64,000 nucleotides of DNA, taken from the NCBI GenBank assembly GCA_937892925.1, contig CALBHX010000088.1, positions 6,554-70,553 on the forward strand. Direction: 5' to 3'. The notes beneath the pieces were generated by a model. The model made no database searches and was not told where the DNA came from. It saw only the letters and a program-made list of their open reading frames with translations. Below, piece after piece: positions 63,235 to 64,000 of the stretch. The position numbers and the translations under genes are program-made. Source of the stretch: an uncultured Lentisphaeraceae bacterium. Lineage in GTDB: Bacteria; Verrucomicrobiota; Kiritimatiellia; RFP12; DVOR01. Position 1 is the first letter of the stretch. The number at the start of each line of letters is the position of its first letter.

Positions 63235-64000
63235 ATGAACACTGAACTTGCCAAGAACATTCACTGGGTGGGCTACGTGGATTGGCCCGTGCGCGACTTT
63301 CACGGTTATCAGACCAAACGCGGCTCGTCTTACAATGCCTATCTCGTTCAGGGCGAAGCCAAAACGGCGCTTATCGACACCGTAAAGGCGCCCTTTGCCA
63401 ACAATTTGAAGCAGCATGTGGCTGCGCTCTGCCCGCTGGATCGGATCGATTACATTGTCTGCAACCATGCCGAGCCCGATCATTCCGGCAGTCTTCCGGC
63501 CATGGTCGCGGCTTGCCCCAATGCCATCGTGGTCTGCAATGCCAAGTGCCGCGATGCCCTCTCGCATTATTATGACACCGCCGCGTGGCGTTTCCAGGTG
63601 GTGAAAGAAGGCGAGAGCCTGGATCTCGGCGGCCGGACGCTCCGTTTCTTCGACACCGTGATGTGCCATTGGCCCGAGAGTATGGTCACGTACGTCCTGG
63701 AAGAGGAAATCCTCTTCTCCATGGATATCTTCGGCCAGCACTATGCCACCTCCTGCCGGTTCGATGACGAAGCCGACCTGGATGAAGTGATGCAGGAGGC
63801 GAAAACCTATTACGCCAATATCGTCCTTCCTTACGCCAAGCCCGTGGCCGCTGCCGCCAAAAAACTTCTCGGCCTTAAGCTCCGCATTGTGGCGCCCTCT
63901 CACGGCGTGATCTGGCGCACCTATTTTGACCGCATCCTGCAGGACTATCTCCGTTGGCACGTCAGCACCCCCACGCGTAAAGTCGTCATTTTCTATGCTA
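63235..64000 (+). CDS. Flavodiiron protein (A-type flavoprotein/FprA-like), N-terminal metallo-beta-lactamase-like part; continues beyond the window
   Basis: Not in the ORF track because there is no stop within the window. My translation from ATG 63235 (AGGAG at 63222-63226) is 'MNTELAKNIHWVGYVDWPVRDFHGYQTKRGSSYNAYLV...IVCNHAEPDHSGS...'. It carries the H-x-E-x-D-H diiron ligand motif. Confidence 0.8.
   Translation, partial: MNTELAKNIHWVGYVDWPVRDFHGYQTKRGSSYNAYLVQGEAKTALIDTVKAPFANNLKQHVAALCPLDRIDYIVCNHAEPDHSGSLPAMVAACPNAIVVCNAKCRDALSHYYDTAAWRFQVVKEGESLDLGGRTLRFFDTVMCHWPESMVTYVLEEEILFSMDIFGQHYATSCRFDDEADLDEVMQEAKTYYANIVLPYAKPVAAAAKKLLGLKLRIVAPSHGVIWRTYFDRILQDYLRWHVSTPTRKVVIFYA

Noticed and set aside
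63220-63960. 246-aa minus-strand ORF at the right end of the window
   Set aside because: The plus strand from 63235 encodes a textbook flavodiiron protein N-terminus (H-x-E-x-D-H). It is absent from the ORF track only because it has no stop within the window.
1-64000. Window-wide search for CRISPR arrays, tRNA/rRNA genes, IS elements, integrases and long direct or inverted repeats
   Set aside because: I saw no regularly spaced repeats, no cloverleaf-like sequences in the intergenic regions, and no transposase or integrase motifs. The only repeats found were the 12-bp tandem at 23229-23257 and short 10-nt direct repeats. This was a visual scan only, so tRNAscan, Infernal and repeat finders should confirm it.

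Overview
This is a 64-kb chromosomal segment with high GC (roughly 60-65% by eye). Its gene content fits an anaerobic, glycan-degrading bacterium of the PVC superphylum (Kiritimatiellota, Lentisphaerota or Verrucomicrobiota-like); that placement is inferred from gene content only. I call about 42 protein-coding genes. I saw no rRNA, tRNA, CRISPR array, transposase or integrase. Most long ORFs in the six-frame track are Arg/Pro/Gly/Ala-rich antisense artefacts of the high GC content.

Main blocks:
- LPS/glycan glycosyltransferases (1-1046).
- A monocistronic pyruvate formate-lyase gene.
- A solitary DpnI-like methyl-directed restriction enzyme on a low-GC islet.
- An overlapping gene chain: L,D-transpeptidase, purine nucleoside phosphorylase, ABC permease.
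- A sulfated/alpha-GlcNAc glycan locus: two GH89 alpha-N-acetylglucosaminidases, a Tat-signal sulfatase and a metallophosphoesterase.
- rpmI-rplT.
- A 1194-aa secreted protein (transglutaminase-core, PA14 and discoidin domains) next to a TonB/TolA-like protein.
- An intact low-GC type II restriction-modification pair.
- A ClC channel coupled to a separate EIIA(Ntr)-CBS protein.
- A 12.55-kb gene for a 4183-aa surface protein (PKD-like domain, about 18 calcium-binding D-x-D-x-D-G repeats, LamG domain).
- A 1.16-kb G+T-skewed non-coding spacer.
- tolB-pal-tatA/B-tatC.
- Housekeeping genes (guaA, gltX, rdgB, radC, an RRM RNA-binding protein).
- A second glycosyltransferase cluster containing a truncated UDP-glucose-dehydrogenase-family gene.
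- The 5' part of a flavodiiron protein gene.

Most notable findings:
- The giant adhesin-like gene and the skewed spacer that follows it.
- A module of about 90-110 aa that recurs in three secreted proteins.
- The split ClC/EIIA-CBS pair.
- Three low-GC patches that all carry restriction-modification-related sequence.

All homology statements come from motif recognition and recalled family sequences, not from database searches.
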